Below are positions 39,105-49,822 of a DNA stretch of 64,000 nucleotides, piece after piece (within the stretch, counting starts at the first letter, position 1; each line of letters starts with the position of its first letter). The stretch is from an alpha proteobacterium MED-G09 (GTDB lineage: Bacteria; Pseudomonadota; Alphaproteobacteria; MED-G09), in contig CAJIZT010000006.1 of the NCBI GenBank assembly GCA_905182015.1, positions 19,116 through 83,115 on the forward strand, written 5' to 3'. Both the position numbers and the translations under genes were made by a program. The notes below the pieces were generated by a model. It saw only the letters and a program-made list of their open reading frames with translations. It was not told the origin of the DNA and searched no databases.

Positions 39105-39746
39105 ATGAATAACAATTTAAATCATGAAAGAAGAGGGGTGATGCTTGTCTTATCCTCTCCTTCTGGCGCAGGAAAAACTTCACTATCTAGAGAGTTATTG
39201 AAGAACAATACTAATCTTTTTTTATCTATATCTTACACAACTCGTCCAGCAAGACCATCTGAGGTTGATAAAAGTGACTACTGCTTTGTTGATGATAAAA
39301 AGTTTAATAAAATGCTTGAGAACAATGAATTCCTTGAACATGCAAAAGTTTTTGATCATTACTACGGAACACCCAAAGCTCCAATTACTGAAGCTCTAGA
39401 TTCCGGAAAGGATATTTTATTCGATATTGATTGGCAAGGAACGCAGCAATTAATGAACTCCCTTCAAGATGATCTAATTAAGGTTTTTATTCTACCGCCG
39501 TCAGCAAAGGAATTGGAAAAAAGATTGTTAAAGAGAAATCAAGATACAGATGTTATCGTTAAAAAAAGAATGTCTAAGGCCTCGAATGAAATTAGTCATT
39601 ATGCGGAGTATGACTATATTATAATAAATGAAGTTTTTGATGATAGCTTAAGAAAAATAGAGGCAATACTGATTGCTGAGAGCTTAAAGAGGTCACGTCA
39701 AATAAATATACAGGATATTATAAAGGACTTAAGGGACGATCTTTAG
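39105..39746 (+). CDS. gmk: Guanylate kinase
   Basis: SSPSGAGKT, TTR..R..E, YYGT, DIDWQG. Confidence 0.96.
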   Translation: MNNNLNHERRGVMLVLSSPSGAGKTSLSRELLKNNTNLFLSISYTTRPARPSEVDKSDYCFVDDKKFNKMLENNEFLEHAKVFDHYYGTPKAPITEALDSGKDILFDIDWQGTQQLMNSLQDDLIKVFILPPSAKELEKRLLKRNQDTDVIVKKRMSKASNEISHYAEYDYIIINEVFDDSLRKIEAILIAESLKRSRQINIQDIIKDLRDDL

Positions 39747-40571
39747 GCTTTCATATACCTCGGATAATTTACAAAAATCTTCCACGGTTAGATTTTGAGC
39801 TCTTAGCTTAGGGTTAATCCCAGCTTTAATGGCAAGATTCTCACCATCAACACCTAACTGACTCAAGCTTTTTCTTAAGGTCTTTCTTCTAAAACCAAAT
39901 GCCGCAGCAACAACTTTTTGAAAGCTTACTATTGAAGGTGAGTTAATAACATTTCGTGGCTTTATCCTTATAACGGAGGACATTACTTTGGGTTCAGGAA
40001 TAAAACATGTTGGCTTTATATCACAAACCCTTTCGATAAAACTTCTCCATTTAATTAATACACTAAGTCTTCCATACTGCTTAGAGTTTACGTCAGCAAG
40101 CATTCTGTCAGCGACCTCTTTTTGAACTGTAAGAGTAAGACTTTGCCATTTGACTGGATGATTTTGCTCTATCAATGATGTTATGAAGGGTACCGATATA
40201 TTGTAAGGTAGGTTTGATACAATTGAGAAGTTACCTTTTATTTTTGTATTTAAATCCACGGTTAATATATCAGCCACAAGGTAATTAAATTTTTTTGGAA
40301 ATTTGCTCTTTAAAGATTCTAGCACGGGTATAAATGATTTATCCATCTCAACTGCAAAAACACTTTTTGCCTCACTTTCAAGTAATAGATTTGTTAGCAA
40401 TCCTGGTCCAGGTCCTACCTCAATGATATTTTTTTTATTTGGCTCAGATGCATGAACTATTTGTCTAAGGATATTTTTATCGTGAAGAAAATTTTGACCA
40501 AGTCTTTTTTTTGCTTTTATTTGATGTTTTTTTAATATCTCTTTTAAAGAATAGTCTTTGATATCAGTCAT
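39729..40571 (-). CDS. rsmA: 16S rRNA adenine dimethyltransferase
   Basis: K.LGQNFL, EVGPGPG.LT, NLPYNI, QKEVA.R, P.P.V.S. Confidence 0.96.
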   Translation of the reverse strand: MTDIKDYSLKEILKKHQIKAKKRLGQNFLHDKNILRQIVHASEPNKKNIIEVGPGPGLLTNLLLESEAKSVFAVEMDKSFIPVLESLKSKFPKKFNYLVADILTVDLNTKIKGNFSIVSNLPYNISVPFITSLIEQNHPVKWQSLTLTVQKEVADRMLADVNSKQYGRLSVLIKWRSFIERVCDIKPTCFIPEPKVMSSVIRIKPRNVINSPSIVSFQKVVAAAFGFRRKTLRKSLSQLGVDGENLAIKAGINPKLRAQNLTVEDFCKLSEVYESLKIVP

Positions 40572-41574
40572 TTTTTTGTCTATTTTTTGAAATCATCTTT
40601 GCCTGCTTTATGGAGGATATTAAACTATCAGGATTAGCTAAGTTTTTTCCAGCTATATCAAACGCTGTTCCATGATCTGGCGATGTCCTAACAAACGAGA
40701 GTCCTGCACTAAAATTAATTCCATTATAAAAGTCTATAGTTTTTACAGGTATTAAGGCTTGATCATGAAACATGCATAACCTAGCATCATATTTTTTTAA
40801 ATTATCCTTGTGGAAAAGTGTATCGGCAGGCAATGGTCCTATAACATTAATTCCAGCCTTTTTTATTTCCTTTATTGCTGGGAGTATTGTTTTAATTTCT
40901 TCTTCACCAATTTGACCCTCTTCGCCTGCATGTGGGTTTAATGATGAGATTACTATCTTTGGGTGCTTTATATTGAAATCATTAATCATGCTACTATTCA
41001 AAATACTACATTTCTCTATAAGTAAATTCTTATTTATTGATTTTGGTACTTGAGAAATGGGAATATGCGTTGTTACAGTTGCTACTTTTATTTCTTTATT
41101 CATTAAAATCATAAGAGATTTTGAATTATCCTTGTATGATAAGTATTCCGTATGTCCTGGAAAATTAAAACCATCATCCATTAGAATTTTTTTATAAATC
41201 GGAAGGGTGATTACTCCTGATATTTTTTTAGCCTGAGCTAGACTTACAGCTGTATCGATTGACTCAATAATAGCCTTGTTATTAGCCTTGTGTGCATTAC
41301 CAATGTTAAAAATAATATTGTTTTTAAGGGGAAGGATATTCAAAAACCCTATCTTAACCCCTGAAGGGCTGGATATAATATTTATAGGAAAATTTAGCTG
41401 AAAAATTCTTAAAGAACCTTCTATCCAAGAAGGATCGCATATTACAAAAATCTTTATCTTCTTTATTTTTTTTAATGCCTTGAGAAGGATTTCACTATTA
41501 ATCCCCCCAGGTTCACCCATTGTGATAGCTAGAGGTAATTCATTTTTTGTTTTATCTGTATTCAATGACTGCAT
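40564..41574 (-). CDS. pdxA: 4-hydroxythreonine-4-phosphate dehydrogenase
   Basis: TMGEP.GI, GHTEYL, NPHAGE, HDQ, RTSPDHGTA. Start approximate (overlaps surA end). Confidence 0.95.
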   Translation of the reverse strand: MQSLNTDKTKNELPLAITMGEPGGINSEILLKALKKIKKIKIFVICDPSWIEGSLRIFQLNFPINIISSPSGVKIGFLNILPLKNNIIFNIGNAHKANNKAIIESIDTAVSLAQAKKISGVITLPIYKKILMDDGFNFPGHTEYLSYKDNSKSLMILMNKEIKVATVTTHIPISQVPKSINKNLLIEKCSILNSSMINDFNIKHPKIVISSLNPHAGEEGQIGEEEIKTILPAIKEIKKAGINVIGPLPADTLFHKDNLKKYDARLCMFHDQALIPVKTIDFYNGINFSAGLSFVRTSPDHGTAFDIAGKNLANPDSLISSIKQAKMISKNRQKND

Positions 41575-42787
41575 CACGTCGTAAATCACGTAAATGTCTT
41601 CGCGACATCATACCAATTTTCTGTGAGTATATGTTATTTTCAATAGAGTCCTTGCTAACCTGAGGTCCAACATCATCTTTTCTATCACATATTGCTATTA
41701 CATCAATTGATTCGTCTGAAATTCTAGGAGACAAAGTATTGCCAGCATTTTTTTTCAAAAGCTCTGAATGCATTTCCTTTGGTAGTTCTTGAAGAAGCCG
41801 ATCTCCTATAATGTTTACCCCTGTCTCATTATAATTCTCTAAAAGAGAATCCAATCTCTTGCATGAAATAAATTTATTAGAAAACTCTATTGCTGAATCT
41901 TCGTCGTCTTTTGAGAATGTAATAGAAGTTAGATTATATAGATTTCTCATAGAGTTTTTACCTCCCTGATCAGCCTTGCCATTAAGTTTTATTATATAAT
42001 AACCATTTACTACCTTAATTGGATTTGAGATAGAGTCTTGAGCAAGATTTTTAATTACTTGAGCAAGCTTTAGATCTAGTTGGCCTTCAGAAACCCATCC
42101 TATATATCCACCTTGGCCAGATGATGCTGACTGACTAAATTGCTGTGCCACTGGTTCAAATGAAATATTATTTTTTAATTGCTCCACAAGCTTTGTAGCT
42201 AAGACGCCAGCCTCAGTTTCTTCCTCCTCATCCTCAAAGCCTATAAAAATTTCTGAAATATCATACTGCACTTTATTAATGCTTTGCATTGTCCTGTCAT
42301 AGATAAGATTAATTTCGTCATCGCTGATATTTATATAAGAGCCAAATTTTCCTCTGACAATTTTGTTCCACAGCAATTCAGATTTTATTTGATTGATAAG
42401 GGTGTCCAGATTAACTCCCTGACTCGTTATATTTTTTATAATTCCCTCAGCCGTTGTTTGGTTACCTCTTGCTATTCTATCAAGCGTAAGTTTGATTTCC
42501 TCTGGCGATTCTGGAACCTCTAATTTTACCGCTTCCTGCAATTGAATTCTTTCGTTAATAAGTGCTTTAATAGCCTGAATTTCAATTCTTTTTACATTTT
42601 CTTCGGAAGCAGGGATTCCTGACGTTACTAAAATAAGCCTCACTCTCTGACCTACGTCATAACGAGAAATTACTTCATCATTCACTATTACTGAAATAGC
42701 CTGGATATCCTGAGCCCCTACTTTGCTATAGGTTAGCGAGGTAATCAGGATAAAAATTATTATTATAATGTTTTTACAATCAATCAT
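41552..42787 (-). CDS. surA: SurA-like periplasmic chaperone/PPIase
   Basis: Signal peptide, VN.E.I..YDV.QR, parvulin motif A.QFS...S...GG..GW, LR.LRRDA.IEYR. Confidence 0.88.
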   Translation of the reverse strand: MIDCKNIIIIIFILITSLTYSKVGAQDIQAISVIVNDEVISRYDVGQRVRLILVTSGIPASEENVKRIEIQAIKALINERIQLQEAVKLEVPESPEEIKLTLDRIARGNQTTAEGIIKNITSQGVNLDTLINQIKSELLWNKIVRGKFGSYINISDDEINLIYDRTMQSINKVQYDISEIFIGFEDEEEETEAGVLATKLVEQLKNNISFEPVAQQFSQSASSGQGGYIGWVSEGQLDLKLAQVIKNLAQDSISNPIKVVNGYYIIKLNGKADQGGKNSMRNLYNLTSITFSKDDEDSAIEFSNKFISCKRLDSLLENYNETGVNIIGDRLLQELPKEMHSELLKKNAGNTLSPRISDESIDVIAICDRKDDVGPQVSKDSIENNIYSQKIGMMSRRHLRDLRRDAVIEYR

Positions 42788-42821
42788 AATTTTTCCAACA
42801 GTAATTCAACGTATAAATTTT

Positions 42822-45167
42822 TTAGTTTTCCCATAATTTTGAAATACGATCTGAACTATCTAACGTTCCACCACCAAAAGTAAATACATTAAATTTAATC
42901 ATAAATGAATTAGAAGGTTTTAGATCTCTGTATTCTGAGTTTTTCCTTCTAAATCCTAGCTCAAATGACATGCAGTCATCAATATAAACTATCGAGAGTC
43001 TATTGTTTAAAGAATTTTTAGAGACCACATCATACCTTACGGCAGCCTGGATAAGCCATTGATCTGTTATATTAAAAAAACTAGCGAACCTTGCTTCTTT
43101 TTGCTCTTTAAAATTCAAAATTTCAGCATTATTTAAAAGTGCATGACCTGCTCTGAATCCCCACCTTGGGTATGTGATTAATATATCGAATTCTGACCTT
43201 CTTAGGTTTATATCGTGATCATCAAGCCTTCCTTTGTATGAAAGTGTTATTTCTTTATTGGGTTTAAATAAAAAATCTACAATAAAGTCTGATAATTTTT
43301 TTTCTAATCCTGATCCTTTTTCAAAAGTATCAGGATTTTTAAATTTATAACTTTGTCCTATTAACCCAGAGAAGACACCAGTTTTATTAAAGAAGTGAGA
43401 AACCTTAACTCCGTAATTAACCCTGCTACCTGTTTCCCAAAAATCTAGGCCTGGCATACGATTTCTTGAAAAAATATTATGAGAGTTTAACTCAAAGCCA
43501 ATACTATCTTCATTTGGCATTCTAAGGTTCTTACTTTTGTCCACTGAATAAGAAATCTGAATTGTTGGCTCAATGATCGTAGGGGAGTGGTTGTTTTTTA
43601 AGGGGAATTTCCATTCAGCAATAACTGATGGGAGAAGGCGGTACATATCCTTTTTTATCCCGTAAGGATTTGATGGTAAAAGTCTAGTTGAGTTATTTGG
43701 TATCCATTTTTTTTTAGACCTGTAAGCATCGCCTCGTAAATTTAAGTTTATCTTAAAGATATGCCCACTTTCTTTTATAAACTGCCTTGCCCAATCAATT
43801 TCACTTGATAAGCGGTACGTGTTACCATCAGTTTTCCTAATCAAACCAAGCATTTCAATGGATATTTTGGATTTTCCTCCAAATATTATCTTATCAGGAT
43901 TCCATAAGAACTTTATTTCTGGAAGAATTAGAGGTTCAGAACCATTTTCTTCAGGCAATAGAGATGAAAAATGAAATGAATTTATTTCTATCTGAGCATT
44001 CTTCCAATACCTAGATAGTGATAAGTGAGATTTAATATCTGTTTCGTCGTTTAAATCAAATCTTCTTAAGAAGGTGTCGTCAGAAACAAATTTTCCGTTA
44101 AAATCTAAATTCCAATTATTAAGTTGAAAGTTACCAGACGCTTCAAAGGATCCCCTAAAATCATAACCAATTGAATCGGCTATTGATGAGGGTCGAGAGT
44201 CATCTATATCCGCAATCTCAACATTAACAATTGAGTGAGTATTTCCATCATAATCAAAAACTAATTTCTTGTTTAATTTTTTTAAGTACTCAGGATTATT
44301 AAAAGGTGAGCTAATAATAGAATTCCAATCATTGTTGATATTTATAGTTTTTGACTTAAAGTCATCATTCAAGGAGGCGGCTATAGCATGGAAATTTATT
44401 CTACCCCTTTTGAATCTTTGCCTCCACTCACCCTCGGCAACAAATGCTCCTTTTGTTATAACCCAGGGAGTTATTGTTAAGTCATAGGTTGGTGCAAGAT
44501 TCATATAGTATGGAGTTTTAATATTTAACCCAAGATCTCCAGAGCTTGTTATTATTGGTGCCAGAAAACCACTCTTCCTTTTTATTTGCGGACTAAGGTG
44601 TTTGGCGATTGGGATATAAAAAATGGGAAAGCCAAATAGCTCGAATCTAGCTCCTTCATAAACAATGTCGCCACTAGTCTCGTCATAAATAATTCTATTT
44701 GCTTTTATTTGCCAAGACGGATTCTCTCTAGAATTATCACATTTCTTGCAAGGGGAAAAAATACCCTTCCTTAGGATAATTGAATTACCCTCGCTTCTGA
44801 TTGCATAAGACGCAGATATACTTTCACCTTCCTTGGTTAAAAGGGTGGGTTTCTCAATAACTCCATTCTTTAAATCTGAAGAAAGTTTTATTTTTGAAGC
44901 GATAATAGTAGGCCCATTGAGGTCCTTAATAATAATATTTCCTTTACCTGCAAGGGTGTTATTTTCTTTATTAAAAGATATCTCATCTGCCATTACAGTA
45001 AGATTATCTCTAGTAATTTTTACAGATCCAACTGCTTTGATTTCACCGCTTTTATTTAGATATTCAATTTTATCAGCTTCTATTGAATTAGCCTCTTTAT
45101 CCTGACCATAGCTATTTAAAGAAAATACCAGGAAGGCAACTAAAGAAAAAAATATTTTTATTATCAC
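42822..45167 (-). CDS. lptD: LPS assembly outer-membrane protein LptD
   Basis: OstA N-domain, F.PC..C...P.W...A, R.SGFL.P, PNEDS, Y.DDC; lptFG-lptD-surA synteny. Confidence 0.92.
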   Translation of the reverse strand: MIIKIFFSLVAFLVFSLNSYGQDKEANSIEADKIEYLNKSGEIKAVGSVKITRDNLTVMADEISFNKENNTLAGKGNIIIKDLNGPTIIASKIKLSSDLKNGVIEKPTLLTKEGESISASYAIRSEGNSIILRKGIFSPCKKCDNSRENPSWQIKANRIIYDETSGDIVYEGARFELFGFPIFYIPIAKHLSPQIKRKSGFLAPIITSSGDLGLNIKTPYYMNLAPTYDLTITPWVITKGAFVAEGEWRQRFKRGRINFHAIAASLNDDFKSKTININNDWNSIISSPFNNPEYLKKLNKKLVFDYDGNTHSIVNVEIADIDDSRPSSIADSIGYDFRGSFEASGNFQLNNWNLDFNGKFVSDDTFLRRFDLNDETDIKSHLSLSRYWKNAQIEINSFHFSSLLPEENGSEPLILPEIKFLWNPDKIIFGGKSKISIEMLGLIRKTDGNTYRLSSEIDWARQFIKESGHIFKINLNLRGDAYRSKKKWIPNNSTRLLPSNPYGIKKDMYRLLPSVIAEWKFPLKNNHSPTIIEPTIQISYSVDKSKNLRMPNEDSIGFELNSHNIFSRNRMPGLDFWETGSRVNYGVKVSHFFNKTGVFSGLIGQSYKFKNPDTFEKGSGLEKKLSDFIVDFLFKPNKEITLSYKGRLDDHDINLRRSEFDILITYPRWGFRAGHALLNNAEILNFKEQKEARFASFFNITDQWLIQAAVRYDVVSKNSLNNRLSIVYIDDCMSFELGFRRKNSEYRDLKPSNSFMIKFNVFTFGGGTLDSSDRISKLWEN

Positions 45168-46268
45168 CTAACCTTCCTCGATATATATTAGAGCGCTTAC
45201 GCCAAGCAGTATAGCTATAATAGGTGGCGACCAAGCCGATAGTAATGGACTTATACTCCCTGATGATCCAAATGCGGAGGCTACATTAGCAAATGTGTAT
45301 AAGAACAAACCACACAACAATCCAGATAGAATTAAACTATTGGTTTTTTCAGACCTTATAAACCTGACTGAAAATGGTGCGGCTATGATAAGCATCGATG
45401 AAAGAAAGAAAGGAAAGGCTAAAATAGAGTGGAACTTTGTCTTGTGTCTTGAGGCATTAAAACCAGCCTGTTCTGCAATTTTTATAAATTTTGGAAGGTT
45501 CCACAATGAAATTGTTTCAGGTGGAGCAAAGTTTTCCTGAATCTGATTTGGTGTTAAGTTTGTTTTAATTGTTATTCTTGCTTTATATTCTGGTTTTTTA
45601 TTAAATTCATACACCCAAACATTATTTAATTCCCAAAAATTTTTTATTAACGATGCACTTTTTGCATCATAGCGGCTTATTAATTTACCTCCTGCAGCAT
45701 GGTTAAAGAAAATTACTTTTTCAAGGTTACTTGCTTGCTTTTCAAGCCCCAAAGAATTAATGATTCTATAAGAATTATTTTTTAGATTTGAGTCTTTAAG
45801 CCATAGGCCGTTTTCTGATAATGTTACAAGGCTAGGTTGACCTCTTAAGAATCTAGCCTCATTTTCTTTGAATTTATATGTTGATGTGGCAATCAAAGGT
45901 TGAAGAATTAATATAATAAAAAATCCAATTACCATTATTAGACTTACACCCGGGGCTAGTAAACGCCAAATTGAAATACCGCTCGCTCTGGCTACAACTA
46001 ACTCCGAACGTTTTGCTAAAATAAAAAATGAACTTAGTGAGGCAAATAGAACTACAAAAGGAAGTATTTCGAATATCATTCCCGGAAGCTTTAAGGTCGC
46101 TAGCTTAAGCGCTAAAAAAATATTGCTATCATTGGATTTTGAAATTCTTCTAGACAGCTCAATTGCATCAATTAAAAAAATGAAACTAGATGAGATTAAG
46201 GTGCAGTATAAAAGAGAATTCAAAAGATTTTTTGAAAAGTAAGATGATAATAAATTTTTAATTTTCAT
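45168..46268 (-). CDS. lptG: LPS export ABC permease LptG
   Basis: RSELVVARASGIS.W, C-terminal AW.P; 6 TM. Confidence 0.9.
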   Translation of the reverse strand: MKIKNLLSSYFSKNLLNSLLYCTLISSSFIFLIDAIELSRRISKSNDSNIFLALKLATLKLPGMIFEILPFVVLFASLSSFFILAKRSELVVARASGISIWRLLAPGVSLIMVIGFFIILILQPLIATSTYKFKENEARFLRGQPSLVTLSENGLWLKDSNLKNNSYRIINSLGLEKQASNLEKVIFFNHAAGGKLISRYDAKSASLIKNFWELNNVWVYEFNKKPEYKARITIKTNLTPNQIQENFAPPETISLWNLPKFIKIAEQAGFNASRHKTKFHSILAFPFFLSSMLIIAAPFSVRFIRSEKTNSLILSGLLCGLFLYTFANVASAFGSSGSISPLLSAWSPPIIAILLGVSALIYIEEG

Positions 46269-46272
46269 GATT

Positions 46273-47376
46273 TTAAATCTCTAGCCTTAAGATATTATCT
46301 CTTATTGACAGGAGACATATCAGAATTAACAAAACCGGCAATAAATAAAGAATTAAAATGGGAGCAAGGTTACTTTGGGCTTGAGATGCAACGAAGAAAT
46401 CAATAAGTTGAAATAGTATAATGCTTGTAGTTAATTTTATAATATTTTTGCTTCGCTCCCTTCTGTCAAACCTTCCCTTTATAAAGACTGAGAATGAAAA
46501 AATGATTAATGCTAATGGGTGAATTATTTGAGCCAACTTATGGTTTCCTGCAGCTCTTAGAGTATTCTTTCTTGATTTTGCATACTCGTCTTCGATACTC
46601 GGAAATAATAAATCACCAATATACCTTTGGCTGGAATCAAAATTAAGGTTTTTATCCTCTGTTAAAAATTCCGAAAAGAGGTACTCATTTTTTTCAAAAC
46701 TAACAGTAGTCATGCCTGGACCATCTAATAATAGATTTCTGTGCTGAATACTTCCATTTAAAAGTATTAGCTTTGGATTATTATTTTTATTAACTAAATA
46801 ACCTTTTTCTGCAGAGTAAGTAATAGGAGATAGGGCGTTCCTGTTATCGTGAACGAGGATTCCTTCAATAGATACATTGCTATCTTTTTTGTGAGCATAA
46901 ACAGTTAGACCTTTTGCTGGCATAGAAAACATCCCATCCCTTATTAAGGTGCCAGATAAATCATGACGAATCTCATGAATTTTAAACTTTGTATACCTCA
47001 TTCCACTTGGTCCTAAAAAGAGTGAAAACACTAGAAGTAGAATAGTTAATATTACTCCAAAATAAAAAAAAGGTCGAAATAGCTTTTTCGGTTTCATACC
47101 CGAGGACATAAGAACCACAAGCTCTTTGTCTGAAGCAAGTGTTTGGAGTGTGTATGAGGTCGCAGTAAAGACGACCAGCGGGATAATTTGAGCTATTATA
47201 TTTGGTAAAACAGTTACTGTTAAAATAAAAAACACTTTTAGATCAACCCCACGCATAACAATTTCATCGAGCATCTTGAGGACTTGACCTAGCCAAGCTA
47301 GTGATAGCATTCCTAACAAGACTATAGTAAAAGCGAACACAAGCTTGCCAATTATATATTTATCAATACTTTTCAT
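46273..47376 (-). CDS. lptF: LPS export ABC permease LptF
   Basis: IDKYI, D.ELVV..SSG, G.F; divergent from pepA. Start taken as ATG 47376. Confidence 0.88.
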   Translation of the reverse strand: MKSIDKYIIGKLVFAFTIVLLGMLSLAWLGQVLKMLDEIVMRGVDLKVFFILTVTVLPNIIAQIIPLVVFTATSYTLQTLASDKELVVLMSSGMKPKKLFRPFFYFGVILTILLLVFSLFLGPSGMRYTKFKIHEIRHDLSGTLIRDGMFSMPAKGLTVYAHKKDSNVSIEGILVHDNRNALSPITYSAEKGYLVNKNNNPKLILLNGSIQHRNLLLDGPGMTTVSFEKNEYLFSEFLTEDKNLNFDSSQRYIGDLLFPSIEDEYAKSRKNTLRAAGNHKLAQIIHPLALIIFSFSVFIKGRFDRRERSKNIIKLTTSIILFQLIDFFVASQAQSNLAPILILYLLPVLLILICLLSIRDNILRLEI

Positions 47377-47464
47377 TTTATATCGTATTATATACGACAA
47401 ACTATACCCTTAAGCGATAAATAATGTTAACAAGTGGTTGAATAAGAAATATTTGGAGAACGAT

Positions 47465-48931
47465 ATGAACGTAACTTTTACTTCTAAATTATCAGTAAAA
47501 AAAGATATACTGGCTATTATAAGCGATAAAAAATCATTAGCTAGTTTTGAGGAGTTGAGCAAAGGTGTTCTAAATAAAGTTATTAATATAGCTAAATATG
47601 AAAATTTTAAGTTCAATAAGCTAGAATCACTCGAAATTATTGGTGAAGAAAAAAGTGGGTATTCAAAAATAATAGTAATTGGATCTGGAGAAAGCTCATC
47701 CTTGTCTCTTAAGGACCAAGATCTTATTGGGGGAAAGATTCTTCAGCTAGGATCCGGATCTCTTGGTGGCGATATCGATGTCTTGATATCAAAAAATATT
47801 GATAATGATAAAGGAATTGAAAGAATTGGTTATGGTGCGATCTTGGGGTCATACCGTTTTGATAAATACAAATCAAAAAAGAAAAAGATAAACCTACCTA
47901 AGAATATTAAAATTGTATCAAAAAATTTTAAATTATTAACAAAAAAACTTAATCAAAAAAAATCAGTAGCGGAAGGTGTTTTCCTTGCAAGAGATTTGGT
48001 CAATGAACCTAGTAATATTTTGAATCCAGAGTCTTATGCGAAAAGAATAAAAGAATTATCTAAGTATGGTCTTAAGGTTGAGGTATTAAACGAAACGAAA
48101 ATGAAAAAATTAGGAATGGACTCCCTTCTTGGTGTTGGTAGAGGGAGTCAATATGAGAGTCAGTTAGTTATAATTAAATGGGATGGATTAAAAAACAAAA
48201 CAAAAAAACCTATTTGCTTTGTTGGAAAAGGGGTTTGCTTTGATTCTGGCGGCATCTCTTTAAAGCCAGGGAATAAAATGGAAGAAATGATTGGTGATAT
48301 GGGCGGATCTGCTGCCGTTGTTGGGTTAATGAAATCTCTCGCCTTAAGAAAGGCTCCTGTAAACGTTGTTAGTGTTGTTGGATTAGTGGAAAATATGCCA
48401 GACGGAACTGCTCAAAAACCAGGCGATATTATAAAATCGATGTCAGGTCAAACAATTGAAATTCAAAATACAGATGCAGAGGGCCGATTAGTTCTTGCTG
48501 ATGCATTGTGGTATGCTCAAGATAGATTTAAGCCTGAGTTTATGATTGATCTAGCCACATTAACAGGTGCTATAGTTATGTCTTTAGGAAATAAAATGGC
48601 AGGAATTTTTAGTAATAATGACAACCTTGCCGATAAGCTTTATCAGGCAGGTGAAGATTCTGGTGATAAGGTTTGGAGGTTACCTCTTTCAGATTCATAC
48701 GATAAAATGATTAACTCTAAATTTGCAGATATGAAAAATATTGGCGCAGGCGGTGCTGGATCGATAACTGCGGCTCAATTTTTAAAACGCTTTGTTAATA
48801 AGACCCCCTGGGTCCATATTGATATTGCAGGCACTGCAACAGGTATGGAGAAAAACTCAATTAATAATAGTTGGGCAACGGGATTTGGCGTTCACCTTCT
48901 TGATACGCTGGTTTCAAAGTTTTATGAGTAA
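47465..48931 (+). CDS. pepA: Leucyl aminopeptidase
   Basis: GKG..FDSGGISLK, DMGG, NTDAEGRL, W.H.DIAG; ATG 47465 after GGAGA. Confidence 0.96.
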   Translation: MNVTFTSKLSVKKDILAIISDKKSLASFEELSKGVLNKVINIAKYENFKFNKLESLEIIGEEKSGYSKIIVIGSGESSSLSLKDQDLIGGKILQLGSGSLGGDIDVLISKNIDNDKGIERIGYGAILGSYRFDKYKSKKKKINLPKNIKIVSKNFKLLTKKLNQKKSVAEGVFLARDLVNEPSNILNPESYAKRIKELSKYGLKVEVLNETKMKKLGMDSLLGVGRGSQYESQLVIIKWDGLKNKTKKPICFVGKGVCFDSGGISLKPGNKMEEMIGDMGGSAAVVGLMKSLALRKAPVNVVSVVGLVENMPDGTAQKPGDIIKSMSGQTIEIQNTDAEGRLVLADALWYAQDRFKPEFMIDLATLTGAIVMSLGNKMAGIFSNNDNLADKLYQAGEDSGDKVWRLPLSDSYDKMINSKFADMKNIGAGGAGSITAAQFLKRFVNKTPWVHIDIAGTATGMEKNSINNSWATGFGVHLLDTLVSKFYE

Positions 48932-48934
48932 GAA

Positions 48935-49384
48935 TTGCCCGAGATATTTTTTTATAAAGTAAGAAATTCAAGTAGCGAGTTATTTTTAATATCTTTGATT
49001 GAAAAATCAATTTCTAAAAATTGGAATGCTGTTATCTTGATGGACAATATTGAAAGAATGGAAGAGCTTAATGATTTGTTGTGGACCTATGATAGTACTT
49101 CATTCATTCCACATGGAGGGCAAAGCGATATGACTCCTGAAAGGCAAAAAGTTTATCTAACTTGTGCTGAGGAAAATCCTAATAAATCAGAAATTATTTT
49201 TTCAATTGATGGGGTTATAATAAATAAACCAGAGAATTGGAAAAGGTGTGTTTATATTTTTAATAAACAAAATCTTAAGGTTACTGAAGATTTAGAATCA
49301 TATAACCGTGAAATTCAGAAACTAGATTATAAACAGAAATATTTTGAACAAGATAAAAATGGAAAGTGGATTAATAAGGATTAA
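48935..49384 (+). CDS. holC: DNA polymerase III subunit chi
   Basis: FY, L.EKS, LWT....SFIPHG, ENPN; follows pepA. Confidence 0.88.
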   Translation: MPEIFFYKVRNSSSELFLISLIEKSISKNWNAVILMDNIERMEELNDLLWTYDSTSFIPHGGQSDMTPERQKVYLTCAEENPNKSEIIFSIDGVIINKPENWKRCVYIFNKQNLKVTEDLESYNREIQKLDYKQKYFEQDKNGKWINKD

Positions 49385-49397
49385 AGGAGAAAAAAAT

Positions 49398-49820
49398 ATG
49401 ACAAAACAAAGAACTCTATCAATAATTAAGCCTGATGCAACAAAGCGAAATATCACAGGAAAAATAATTAAAAAGTTTGAGGATGGTGGATTATCTATTA
49501 TAGCTCAAAAAAGACTCTTATTAACCTCAGTACAAGCTGAAGGTTTTTATTCCGTTCATAAAGAGAGGCCTTTTTACAATGATTTGGTAAATTTTATGAC
49601 GTCAGGCCCTGTAGTTGTTCAGGTTCTTGAAGGGGAGAATGCTATTCAAAAAAATAGAGATATTATGGGCGCAACGAATCCAAAAGAAGCCGATAAAGGT
49701 ACAATTAGAGAGGAGTTTGCTCTAAATATTGAGGCTAACTCAGTACACGGTTCTGATTCTGAGGAGAGCGCTAGTAATGAGATTGCCTTTTTCTTTGCTG
49801 AGGGTGAGATTAATCCGTAG
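49398..49820 (+). CDS. ndk: Nucleoside diphosphate kinase
   Basis: [28 protein letters not shown]; ATG 49398 after AAGGAG. Confidence 0.97.
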   Translation: MTKQRTLSIIKPDATKRNITGKIIKKFEDGGLSIIAQKRLLLTSVQAEGFYSVHKERPFYNDLVNFMTSGPVVVQVLEGENAIQKNRDIMGATNPKEADKGTIREEFALNIEANSVHGSDSEESASNEIAFFFAEGEINP

Positions 49821-49822
49821 GC

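Noticed and set aside
47383-47397. TCGTAT-N3-ATACGA palindrome in the lptF/pepA spacer
   Set aside because: Short, single occurrence; cannot be distinguished from chance.
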